From an uncultured Candidatus Saccharibacteria bacterium (lineage in GTDB: Bacteria > Patescibacteriota > Minisyncoccia > Phycocordibacterales > UBA2100), in contig CAYGKV010000003.1 of assembly GCA_964350885.1 (NCBI GenBank), positions 15,444-79,443 of the forward strand: a stretch of 64,000 nucleotides of DNA, in the 5' to 3' direction. This document shows positions 25,869 to 34,193 of the stretch, in pieces. A program made the translations under genes and the position numbers. The stretch's first letter is position 1. Each line of letters begins with the position of its first letter. The notes beneath the pieces were generated by a model. It was not told where the DNA came from and did no database searches. It saw only the letters and a program-made list of their open reading frames with translations.

Positions 25869-27383
25869 ATGAATCGCGGATTTTCCATTATTGAACTCCT
25901 CATCGCGATGTCGTTGGCCACGATAGTCATGAGCGGTGTTGTGGTCGGCACGGTGGGAAGCGTCGGGAGCTTCGGCTCTGCGATAGGGGGTAAGCAGACA
26001 GTCGTGAGCGATGGTGAGATCAACACCATGGCACTCCACAAAGCGCAGGATCTCATCGAAGGGGCTGCTGCAGTAGCGCGTACAAATTATTCCGCGGTCA
26101 TTCCGACGACCGCCGTCGATTCCTCGGGAGGCCTAACATATACGAAGACACTCACCATTCCCACGGCATATGCCACACAGTGTTCGCAGAGTATCGCGAG
26201 CACCGTGTCTTGGAGCGCCACCTACGGCCGCACGCTCTGGGTCGGCGCGACAACCACCATTACAAATATTCCTGAGATGCTCGCACTCGGGGGTGATTGC
26301 GCGATCACACCACCACCCATCGGCGGATGGAATCCACCTCATATCTATGCGTACGACACTTTTTCTGGCAAACCAACTGCACTGGACGCGCTGGAGCATA
26401 TAGCATATATGGGCGAAGATAACTCACCCTGGCTACGTATTGCCGATGCGCGCACTGTACCTCTTCCAATTCCGCACAACGGCGATTTATTTATTCCTCT
26501 TCCATACGCCAATAACTTCAACTCGACTGGCAAAGTCCTCGATCAGATAAATGATGTTGACGTGTATAAACATGAAGCTAGTGGGAAAGTGTACGCATTT
26601 GTCGCCACAGCAAGCACGACAGCGCAACTTGTGGTGATTGACGTTACAGATATTCAGAATCCCACCATTGCCGTTAACGGTACCGGTATTCTTGCCAAAC
26701 GGAACCTTACCGATGTTACCGCAACTGATTCAACAGCGTGGGGTTGGCGCGTTTATTACTACAACGGAAAGCTATATATAACTGCACGAGAGACGGCGGG
26801 CCCCGAACTACATATCTTCGATGTCACGGATCCAAGAGACCCGACGGAAATTGGACGGAAAGAATTAAATACTACCGTAAATGACTTTGTGATAAGCAAT
26901 GGCCTCGGATATTTTGCGGTTCAAAGCGATGCGACAGGTCCGCTGCGGGTTTATAACGTGGCTACTCCGACGGGTATCACCGAAGTCGTTGGTGCGCGGG
27001 GCAACATTGCTGGAACTGAGAATGGGTTATCGATATTTTTGATCGGTCCTCGCCTCTATTTCGGCCGTCAAAAAAATTCCGGCCCTGAATTTTATATGTT
27101 AGACGCAAGTAGCCCTCTCACGGCATCAGGAGGGTTGCCGATTCTCGCATCGAAAGAGATTGGAGACGACGTAACTGATTTGCGAGTTGTTGGTCCGTTT
27201 GCATTTGCAGCCGTTAAGCACGCAAACGAAGAGTTTCAAGTATGGCCTTCGGACCTTTCGGGGCCCGCTATCAACATCTACAACTTCGGAAACGTCATCA
27301 ACGCAGGATTTGATTATAATAATGAGTGGTTTTTTGTCACTGGCGGATCGACTCCTAATTTTAAAATACTTTACAGTCCTTGA
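25869..27383 (+). CDS. Pilin-like protein fused to an LVIVD-repeat beta-propeller (candidate pilus tip adhesin)
   Basis: N-terminus MNRG|FSIIELLIAMSLATIV (class III signal). The C-terminal ~330 aa carry repeated LVVIDVTDIQNP / LHIFDVTDPRDP / LRVYNVATP / FYMLDASSP motifs. Confidence 0.6.
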   Translation: MNRGFSIIELLIAMSLATIVMSGVVVGTVGSVGSFGSAIGGKQTVVSDGEINTMALHKAQDLIEGAAAVARTNYSAVIPTTAVDSSGGLTYTKTLTIPTAYATQCSQSIASTVSWSATYGRTLWVGATTTITNIPEMLALGGDCAITPPPIGGWNPPHIYAYDTFSGKPTALDALEHIAYMGEDNSPWLRIADARTVPLPIPHNGDLFIPLPYANNFNSTGKVLDQINDVDVYKHEASGKVYAFVATASTTAQLVVIDVTDIQNPTIAVNGTGILAKRNLTDVTATDSTAWGWRVYYYNGKLYITARETAGPELHIFDVTDPRDPTEIGRKELNTTVNDFVISNGLGYFAVQSDATGPLRVYNVATPTGITEVVGARGNIAGTENGLSIFLIGPRLYFGRQKNSGPEFYMLDASSPLTASGGLPILASKEIGDDVTDLRVVGPFAFAAVKHANEEFQVWPSDLSGPAINIYNFGNVINAGFDYNNEWFFVTGGSTPNFKILYSP

Positions 27384-27384
27384 T

Positions 27385-27867
27385 ATGAACCGCGGATTCA
27401 CGCTCATCGAGACGCTCGTCTACCTCGCGCTCTTCGCGCTTATTATCGGCGGCTTGGTTGTTACCACCTACCTTCTCTTCCAAACGAGCGATCGCTACCA
27501 GACCCGTGCGACGATGCAAGAAGAGAAAAATTTTATACTCGCGAAAATCACGTGGGCCCTCTCACAAGCTCGGTCTGTGTGTGATCCAGCAGCTAATACC
27601 TCGGGCACGACGCTCTCTGTCGTTACTCTCGGTGGGACGTGCTCTCCTCCAGACATCACGGTCGCTCTTTCGGGGTCAGATGTACAGTGGGGAGGCGTGG
27701 CGCTCAACAATGCGAGCGTGCGCGTGGATCGTCTTCTATTCATTCACACCTACGCAGGAGGTAGCAATCCCGATAGTGTCGAGGTAGGGCTTACGATAAG
27801 CGCCAACACCCCGACAGGCATGCAGATTTCTGAGAGAGCTTCGACGACGCGCTACATACGAAAATGA
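27385..27867 (+). CDS. Prepilin-type pseudopilin
   Basis: MNRG|FTLIETLVYLALFALIIGG. Confidence 0.6.
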   Translation: MNRGFTLIETLVYLALFALIIGGLVVTTYLLFQTSDRYQTRATMQEEKNFILAKITWALSQARSVCDPAANTSGTTLSVVTLGGTCSPPDITVALSGSDVQWGGVALNNASVRVDRLLFIHTYAGGSNPDSVEVGLTISANTPTGMQISERASTTRYIRK

Positions 27868-28331
27868 AACGCCAAGAACACGAGAGAGGGTTTATTGCGC
27901 TGATGTCGGTCATGGTCATTTCAGCTGTTTTGTTGGTGCTCTTGTTTACTCTCGGCGCGTCCTCGTTCCTGAATCGTTTTGATGTGCTTGATTCCCAAAA
28001 CAAACGGGTGAGCCTCGCACTCGCGGAAGCATGCGTGAATATGGCAATGATCAATATCGCACAAGATTCTGATTACGGTATCACGCCATCGTTACCATCT
28101 GCTGGTGAATGCGTGGGGGTGTCGGACGCATGTGTCTCTGGATCAAAAAAGATCTGCAAAATCTGCCAAGTTACGATTGTGGGCAGCGAAAAAGAAATTA
28201 TTACTCGTGCCGCCTATGGAGGCACGTACACCAATCTCAGAATACGAGGCACCCTTGGCTCCACCAACTTTTCAGTGAGCCGGTGGGAGGAATTTACCCC
28301 TTATTCTGGGTCATGTACTACAACACCGTAA
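27864..28331 (+). CDS. Pilin-like protein lacking Glu+5 (PilX/GspK-like minor pilin)
   Basis: ERG|FIALMSVMVISAVLLVLLF with Met at position +5; overlaps the upstream stop by 4 bp. Confidence 0.5.
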   Translation: MKRQEHERGFIALMSVMVISAVLLVLLFTLGASSFLNRFDVLDSQNKRVSLALAEACVNMAMINIAQDSDYGITPSLPSAGECVGVSDACVSGSKKICKICQVTIVGSEKEIITRAAYGGTYTNLRIRGTLGSTNFSVSRWEEFTPYSGSCTTTP

Positions 28332-28407
28332 GCCCTTGCGCGCCCCTGGGGAGCATGGTATAAAGCACGTCTTACGAGCAGATTAATAATTTAAGCGCTC
28401 ATAACCT

Positions 28408-28875
28408 ATGTTTAATAACAAGTCAAAGGTGGGTAATAAAGGGTTTACCCTCATCGAAATCCTCGTGGTTATCGCAATAATCGCGATACTTGCTGCAATC
28501 GTACTCGTGGCTATCAATCCAGCCAAACGCTTCGAAGACGCGCGCAACAGCCAGCGAAAGGCCAATGTCGAGGCAATCTTGAGTGCTATTCAGCAAAATA
28601 TGGTTGATAACATCGGCATAACAACCTGTACGACGATCACAGCCACTCCACAGAACATCGCGTCATCAGGTGGTGTAGATCTTACTGGTTGCTTGGCTCC
28701 GTACCTCGCAGTCTTACCAGTCGACCCAAAGACTGGTACTTGGAATGCAGGACCACCACTAGTCTACGACACAAAATACTCAGTGTCGCAGAACGCCACT
28801 ACCAAGCAGATTACCGTTACAGCCCCAGCTGCTGTTACTGATGGTGTACCAGCGGGAATCTCAATCACTCGCTAA
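28408..28875 (+). CDS. Type IV major pilin (PilA-like)
   Basis: KG|FTLIEILVVIAIIAILAAIVLVAINP, the canonical N-terminus; 155 aa; followed by a strong terminator. Confidence 0.75.
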   Translation: MFNNKSKVGNKGFTLIEILVVIAIIAILAAIVLVAINPAKRFEDARNSQRKANVEAILSAIQQNMVDNIGITTCTTITATPQNIASSGGVDLTGCLAPYLAVLPVDPKTGTWNAGPPLVYDTKYSVSQNATTKQITVTAPAAVTDGVPAGISITR

Positions 28876-28895
28876 ATTCTCTCAGCGACGACCCA

Positions 28896-28931
28896 CAAAA
28901 ACCCCGCTCCGCAAGGACGGGGTTTTTGTTT
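28896..28931 (+). terminator. Rho-independent terminator of the pilus operon
   Basis: cacaaaaaccccg-ctccgcaagga-cggggtttttgtttt. Confidence 0.6.
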
Positions 28932-28960
28932 TCCCCCACATCCGATTTATACCCCCCCTT

Positions 28961-29000
28961 CATACACACAACCCCCACGGTCGTAGGTCTCGTATGTAGG
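28961..29000. repeat. Conserved hairpin repeat, copy 1 (core ACAACCCCCACGGTCGTAGG)
   Basis: catacacacaacccccacggtcgtaggtctcgtatgtagg: the core is shared with the copies at 29101 and 29765; the arms are imperfectly complementary. Confidence 0.55.
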
Positions 29001-29006
29001 CAGAAT

Positions 29007-29070
29007 AAAAGGGGAAAAATGAAAAGAAGAGGGAGAGAATAGAAAAGAGGGGCGAAAGGTGAAGGAAGAA
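29007..29070 (+). repeat. Polypurine (A/G) tract, about 64 nt and over 90% purine
   Basis: aaaaggggaaaaatgaaaagaagagggagagaatagaaaagaggggcgaaaggtgaaggaagaa. Confidence 0.5.
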
Positions 29071-29100
29071 TGTTGGAGGGCCTCAATATGTCCTCCAGCA

Positions 29101-29150
29101 AAATACACACAACCCCCACGGTCGTAGGAGTTGTATGTATTTTGTGTGAT
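29101..29150. repeat. Conserved hairpin repeat, copy 2, 12 bp upstream of the regulator start
   Basis: aaatacacacaac-ccccacggtcgtaggA-gttgtatgtattttgtg: a 10-bp stem at 9/10 with a 16-nt loop containing the conserved core. Confidence 0.6.
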
Positions 29151-29161
29151 ACGATTTTGGC

Positions 29162-29752
29162 ATGGGAACTCTTGAAAAAGAGGCGTACGCCATTCGTCGC
29201 CGTGGATACTTGCAGAATGCAGTACTCGCAACCGTCGGCATTGCGGGTATCTTGGCAGTCGCTGTGGTGGCGCCCAATACGCTACAGCTTCTCGGAAAGT
29301 TTGGGCCTCTAAAAAGATTTAATGAACAAGCGCGCTCGACGGCAAGCCGTCTCGCGCGCAAAGGATTTATCACGTTTGTCGAGATCAACGGCAGGAAATG
29401 CCTGCGGATTACGGAGGCAGGGAAGCGCGAGCTGGAGAGGGTGGAAAGAGAAGCGCTGTTGCGCGCCGGCCCCATAAGGCCGAAGCGGTGGGATCGTCGC
29501 TGGCGTATGGTCGTTTTCGATATTCCAGAAAAACGTCGTCGCACACGCGACAGGCTTCGAGAGATGGTATCTTCGTATGGCTTTTTGAGATTGCAGGATA
29601 GTGTGTGGGTGCACCCCTACGATTGCGAAGACGTCATCACACTCTTAAAGGCTGATCTCGGGGTGGGGAAGGACGTGCTGTACGCTATTGTGGAGAAAAT
29701 AGAAAACGACACGTGGATCCGTAAGCACTTCAAACTCCCTCTCTCTTCGTAA
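29162..29752 (+). CDS. Membrane-tethered winged-helix regulator with a PaaX-middle-domain / Cas2-like fold C-terminus
   Basis: A TM helix (LQNAVLATVGIAGILAVAVVAP); a wHTH (LARKGFITFVEINGRKCLRITEAGKREL); then WDRRWRMVVFDIPEKRRRTRDRLREMVSSYGFLRLQDSVWVHP, which aligns with E. coli PaaX WDGKWLLLLSEG...QLIWQGFGALAPSLMASP and with the Cas2 VxxYDV..KRR..L pattern. This call rests on recalled sequences, not a search. Confidence 0.55.
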   Translation: MGTLEKEAYAIRRRGYLQNAVLATVGIAGILAVAVVAPNTLQLLGKFGPLKRFNEQARSTASRLARKGFITFVEINGRKCLRITEAGKRELERVEREALLRAGPIRPKRWDRRWRMVVFDIPEKRRRTRDRLREMVSSYGFLRLQDSVWVHPYDCEDVITLLKADLGVGKDVLYAIVEKIENDTWIRKHFKLPLSS

Positions 29753-29764
29753 CCCCTCCCGCAT

Positions 29765-29812
29765 CACACATACATACAACCCACACGGTCGTAGGTCTTG
29801 TGTGTATGTGTG
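29765..29812. repeat. Conserved hairpin repeat, copy 3, 13 bp downstream of the regulator stop
   Basis: cacacatacatacaaccc-acacggtcgtagg-tcttgtgtgtatgtgtg. Confidence 0.6.
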
Positions 29813-29907
29813 AATTTTCTCAATCCAAACAACTGTCCAAGCAGGAGTCCAAGAAAACGGATGACTATCTGTTTCGCAGGCGGTGCCATATCCTGGAGAG
29901 GACTCCT

Positions 29908-30336
29908 TCAGTGGCTGGAACGGAAAAAAGCTTTCACGACAATAAAAAGCGAGATTAGAAAATAGACGGCAAACAAAATGCCGATAAAAAGAGCTATTAG
30001 CGAACTCCCCATCGCGCTTGCAATGCCCAAACTACTCCCGCCAGTCTCGTTTGTAAGCCAGAGTACCACAGCTATCATTGAGGGTATCCACCATCTTGAA
30101 AAACGAAACCAAGTTAGAAAAACGGGATTTGGTAGAAAGAAAAAGATAGGCGTTAGAAGGACTAAGGGAAGCAAGGGAGACAGTCCGAGGACAGTATATT
30201 GACAAAGATTAATCGGGTACCCGCTCTCAAGTCGGTAGAGACAAGAGTATCCCGGACGCATTTCAAAGAGAATTATAAGAACGATCGTTATGAGAGCGGC
30301 AATGCCAACCAGAAAGACAGTTCTCTTGCTTAGCAT
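29908..30336 (-). CDS. Hypothetical membrane protein (4 TM)
   Basis: 142-aa hydrophobic ORF with hydrophobicity-consistent codon usage. Confidence 0.4.
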   Translation of the reverse strand: MLSKRTVFLVGIAALITIVLIILFEMRPGYSCLYRLESGYPINLCQYTVLGLSPLLPLVLLTPIFFFLPNPVFLTWFRFSRWWIPSMIAVVLWLTNETGGSSLGIASAMGSSLIALFIGILFAVYFLISLFIVVKAFFRSSH

Positions 30337-30345
30337 ACTTCCATT

Positions 30346-33282
30346 TCATCTTAACCCAATTATGACTGAATAAGTCTTACCATCCTCCAACTGTGCATAA
30401 ATACGATACCAGTACCCGGGCATTAAACCCTTTGTGCTCCAGTTATAAATGTACTGCTGGCTCGTGCCGTCCCATCGGTACGAAGTGCCACTCGTGCCGG
30501 CAACTGCGTACACGGGCTCGTCCACGGGTGCGTTCAGTGGCGAGAGTCTGACTGGAGTTATCCAAACGGGTGAAGCTGATGATTGAATAGGAGTGCCAGC
30601 GGTATTTTTGAGTTGAAACTTCACAGGTACGGTACTGCCGCCCTTAAACACGCTCGGCGTGAGTGCGGGGTTAATCGTAGGGTCATCGATGGGCTGTAGG
30701 AATCCGGTCCACAGATATTCTATTTTGAGCGTTCCTGCCACAAACTCCGTGAATTCGTAGTCATGTGAGGTAAGAGTGCCGATAGTGCATGTGATGGGGT
30801 AGATTCCAACCAGGCTCGCGCTGGTCGCCGTCGTTGAGCAACGCGCGCTTCCCGCGACGTCGTTGCTTGAGGGTGTGTCATCGCCGACGAATCCGCTCAG
30901 TGTCCACGTGAGAGGTGGAATTACTCCACCGATCATCATCGTCTTGTTGGCAGTCGTTAGAGTTAGTTTCGGTTTTGGTAGCACTACGGTGTCGTCCAGC
31001 TTAGGCACCACAATGTGCTCAACAATGCCGTCGCCGTTTTTGTCGATGAGGAGTGGATTTTCTTCAGACAGATCGATCGATGTCTCTATCGAGACGATGG
31101 TGTCGGGCGTCGTTGGCATATCTTTCCATGTGCTGCTTGCAACGACCGTATCACCTCGGAGCTGCTCAGCGCGGAAGGTGAAGGTGCCTGTCTCGTAGCC
31201 ATCCATCGTGATATGAAGCGAGGAGGTGGCATCTGTGAAAAGATATTTCACGTCACCGAACTCTGTGTAATACGTGCCGGGGATTTGTTCTTCCACCTGG
31301 CCGGTAGTCGTTGAAATGCCAGTGTGACGGCCCTGATTGTCGAATAGATCGAGCGTGAGCGGGGAGTGAAGGGAGTAGCGGAGGCGAGTGCCAGGGAACG
31401 AGGGCGATTCAGTGGTCAGGTATGAGTAATTTGAAATCGGCGACAGCTCATTTGTAACTGTATCGGAAATAAATGACAGCAGTTCCTGTATCTCGAGAAT
31501 ATCTGCATGACCGAAAGAGAGGAGGCCACCGAGTGTGGCAATCGGATGATGTTTGTTGTAGTCGTAGATGTTTGCCCAATAATTCACCGCACCTGCGGCA
31601 GCGCTCCACAAAGCGCTTGGCACAACCACGGTGCCATCGCCATCAATTGTGAAATTTGCTTCGGGCTTCACGCCCGCACCTTTTTGTTTGTATGTAATTC
31701 CGCTCACGGTCGTTGGCACGCCCCATCCGGCTATTTGGATCAAGTCTATTCCTGTTGGAGGAACCCAGTTGTCGAGATTGGCATGCAACGTTTCCGCTGC
31801 CGACAGGAGCGAATCGCTCATCTGGATGGGCTGATCTTTGTCACCCGTCTGGGAGTCGCCTCTCCCATAGGTATCGGTGAGAAATTGATGCAATGCGGGT
31901 CCTGAGTGGATTTCGTTTCCATACCTTGCTATCCAATCTGTCAGTGATGCATCGAATGTAACGACTGGATCATCCACATATGTGAAGTAATTGGCGGATG
32001 GTAGTAATTGATAGAACATTGGGGACGTACTTGCAAAAGTACGCACTGTCTCTTCAGAAAGAATGAACGAAATCACATCGGCAGGGAGCCCTTGATCATA
32101 TCCATGCAGTCCGGCAGCCACGGCCATCGGTGTACCTGCCTGCGGCACGGCCACAAAAATCATTTTGTCGATGAGGTCAGAAGCTTCTGCGCCAAGTACT
32201 TCGGTGAGTTGTTTGGCAAGTAATCCGCCGTTGGAGTGCGCTATGACTGTTACCTTCCCAGATTTTGAAGAGCCAGCGAGTCTCCGCAATTCCTGAATGA
32301 CGTACGGAGTGGATGTGGCGCGTTGGTTACCGGAATAATACAGCTTTCCACCCACCTCGTTTCCATACGCGAGGATGTCGTCGAGGGAGAGCCGCCAGTC
32401 GTAGGCCATGGGTTGCCAATCGTTTATATGGCCCTGATCTTTCAAGTCATCCATTTTTGAGATAAAGGACAGGTATATATTTTTGCCGGTCGGGAGTTCA
32501 TCAAGCACGTCGCCGATCTTTGTGTAGATCTCGGGATGGGCACTCGAACCGTCAGCGCTCATGAAGAGGTCTTGCACGTCGCCATTGTTGAGTGGCTCCC
32601 ACAGCTTTTGTTCAGGAACTTCGACTACCTGCGGTCGATACAAGCGGCTCGATTCGATACCGGGCAAGAAGAGCACGTTGGAAAAACAGTTTTGTGTGCA
32701 GAGCATTGGGGCCGGGCCGGGTTGGCCAGAAACCACGAAGTACCCCATCGTGGATGTCCCGTAGAAGGTTACGCCCGAACCCCCAACTTTCGATATCCGT
32801 AATGACGCGTGATCATAGACCAGGGGCAACGTCGTCGAAGCCGCTGCAGCAGCAGGGTTTCCTGCATCATCAGCTTGTCGGTAATTAAACAGACGGGGAG
32901 TAATTCCGGTAAATGGCGGAACGGCTACGGTCGTTTGGTACTGCTGTCCGGGTACACTCCAATTGTTGGTATTGGGGCAGGGCTTCGTCTCGGCCGCGTC
33001 AAGCCAACACAGAAGTCGGAGGCCTGCACGGTTAAACGGTGCAAAGAACGGGAATGTCCGATCGTCAAGGGCTATAATTTCGACGGTGTCTACTCGTGAA
33101 CCTCCGAGCGTGTTTGGGAGTGCAATTTGCCAGTAATTTCCAGTAGTGGTGATGGTTGTATAGATCTGTGAGCGATCTGTTTGCGAGAGTAGAACGTCGG
33201 CAAATGTATCGAGGGGGGATGCGAGCAGAACAAAAATTGTACCGAGGAGAGGGGAGGCGATACGCGACTGCGCGAGTCTCAT
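30346..33282 (-). CDS. Large secreted LCAT-like (lecithin:cholesterol acyltransferase / PF02450-type) alpha/beta-hydrolase lipase with shared C-terminal domain
   Basis: Signal MRLAQSRIASPLLGTIFVLLASPLDTFA; an LCAT N-motif VLFLPGIESSRL; the YDWRLS hallmark; a nucleophile elbow VTVIAHSNGGLLA (AHSxG as in Bacillus LipA); and the shared C-terminal domain ending ...QQYIYNWSTKG... Confidence 0.65.
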   Translation of the reverse strand: MRLAQSRIASPLLGTIFVLLASPLDTFADVLLSQTDRSQIYTTITTTGNYWQIALPNTLGGSRVDTVEIIALDDRTFPFFAPFNRAGLRLLCWLDAAETKPCPNTNNWSVPGQQYQTTVAVPPFTGITPRLFNYRQADDAGNPAAAAASTTLPLVYDHASLRISKVGGSGVTFYGTSTMGYFVVSGQPGPAPMLCTQNCFSNVLFLPGIESSRLYRPQVVEVPEQKLWEPLNNGDVQDLFMSADGSSAHPEIYTKIGDVLDELPTGKNIYLSFISKMDDLKDQGHINDWQPMAYDWRLSLDDILAYGNEVGGKLYYSGNQRATSTPYVIQELRRLAGSSKSGKVTVIAHSNGGLLAKQLTEVLGAEASDLIDKMIFVAVPQAGTPMAVAAGLHGYDQGLPADVISFILSEETVRTFASTSPMFYQLLPSANYFTYVDDPVVTFDASLTDWIARYGNEIHSGPALHQFLTDTYGRGDSQTGDKDQPIQMSDSLLSAAETLHANLDNWVPPTGIDLIQIAGWGVPTTVSGITYKQKGAGVKPEANFTIDGDGTVVVPSALWSAAAGAVNYWANIYDYNKHHPIATLGGLLSFGHADILEIQELLSFISDTVTNELSPISNYSYLTTESPSFPGTRLRYSLHSPLTLDLFDNQGRHTGISTTTGQVEEQIPGTYYTEFGDVKYLFTDATSSLHITMDGYETGTFTFRAEQLRGDTVVASSTWKDMPTTPDTIVSIETSIDLSEENPLLIDKNGDGIVEHIVVPKLDDTVVLPKPKLTLTTANKTMMIGGVIPPLTWTLSGFVGDDTPSSNDVAGSARCSTTATSASLVGIYPITCTIGTLTSHDYEFTEFVAGTLKIEYLWTGFLQPIDDPTINPALTPSVFKGGSTVPVKFQLKNTAGTPIQSSASPVWITPVRLSPLNAPVDEPVYAVAGTSGTSYRWDGTSQQYIYNWSTKGLMPGYWYRIYAQLEDGKTYSVIIGLR

Positions 33283-33396
33283 ACGGCATGTATACCACAC
33301 CGACGTTTTTCGGTGCTCGTGTCCCTGTGGATTGCCGACGTACACACCGAACCTACGCTATAGCGTAGGTTCGGTGTTTTCATTGCACAGGAATAA

Positions 33397-34155
33397 TTAT
33401 GTGGCGCACGCGAGGAGAAGATCGTTGATTACTTTGAGGGTTTCGGACGGACCGGAGACCTCGTGCGTCTGGATGCCAGTTTTGATAACGACCTCGTCGT
33501 TGCCGCCGGGGTAGAGCGCATCGCCTACATAGAGCATTTCGGAAGTCGGGATGCCAAGCTTTTTCGAGAACCAGTTTACTCCATACGCTTTGTTGATTCC
33601 CTTGTGCGTGATGTCTATCGTGGTCATGCCGCCCATCAGTATTTCAAACTGCGGGATCTTCTTTTCGAGGACGACTTTGAGTTTTTTTCGTTTTTCTTGG
33701 TCGGGATCCCATGCCGCTTTTTCTTCATACGATGCCTGTAGTCCAATAGTAGCAAGCGCTATCTGCGCATCGCGGTCGATGATTTCGGGCGCGTGTTCGG
33801 GATGTTTTCCAAGGACGCCGGTCTCCGCGAGCGCCTCGTTGATCGCGGTGCGTATCGTCGCGCGATCGCTCACGGAAAGCCCGAGACTGTATGCGATGCT
33901 CCAGGCGCCGTTCTCCCAGGTGTAGCACTCGGCGGTGCTGTTGGGGAAAATATAGAATTGAGAAATGTGCGGAGAGTGTTCAAGGTAGGAGATAAATTGA
34001 TCTTTAATGCGCGGAAAACCGGCGGCGCTCATGATGGCAATCGGTATGAGCTCCAGTAGTTTTCCAAGCCTGTCTACCATCTCCGGCTTGGGCGGTTGAA
34101 AGCTCTCTGCCAGTGTGTCGTCGAGGTCGAATATGGCGACACGGGGACAATTCAT
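33397..34155 (-). CDS. HAD-IIB family hydrolase (eukaryotic phosphomannomutase-like)
   Basis: DxD motif VAIFDLDDTLA and the HAD motif IV YVGDALYPGGNDE; 252 aa. Confidence 0.7.
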   Translation of the reverse strand: MNCPRVAIFDLDDTLAESFQPPKPEMVDRLGKLLELIPIAIMSAAGFPRIKDQFISYLEHSPHISQFYIFPNSTAECYTWENGAWSIAYSLGLSVSDRATIRTAINEALAETGVLGKHPEHAPEIIDRDAQIALATIGLQASYEEKAAWDPDQEKRKKLKVVLEKKIPQFEILMGGMTTIDITHKGINKAYGVNWFSKKLGIPTSEMLYVGDALYPGGNDEVVIKTGIQTHEVSGPSETLKVINDLLLACAT

Positions 34156-34193
34156 CCAGAGAGCGTACCACGAACGTGATAAAATAATAGTAC

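Noticed and set aside
28865-29231. Minus-strand ORFs 28865..29119 and 28947..29231
   Set aside because: They are translations of the polypurine tract and hairpin repeats (Pro/Leu/Phe low complexity) and have no start context.
28961-29812. Possible CRISPR array or cas2 locus: repeated hairpins plus a Cas2-like protein
   Set aside because: There are only three repeat copies, with irregular spacing (140 bp and 664 bp), and the intervening sequence includes a full gene. No cas1 or other cas genes are present, and the protein has an N-terminal TM plus wHTH like PaaX. It was therefore treated as regulator plus operator/hairpin repeats, not CRISPR.
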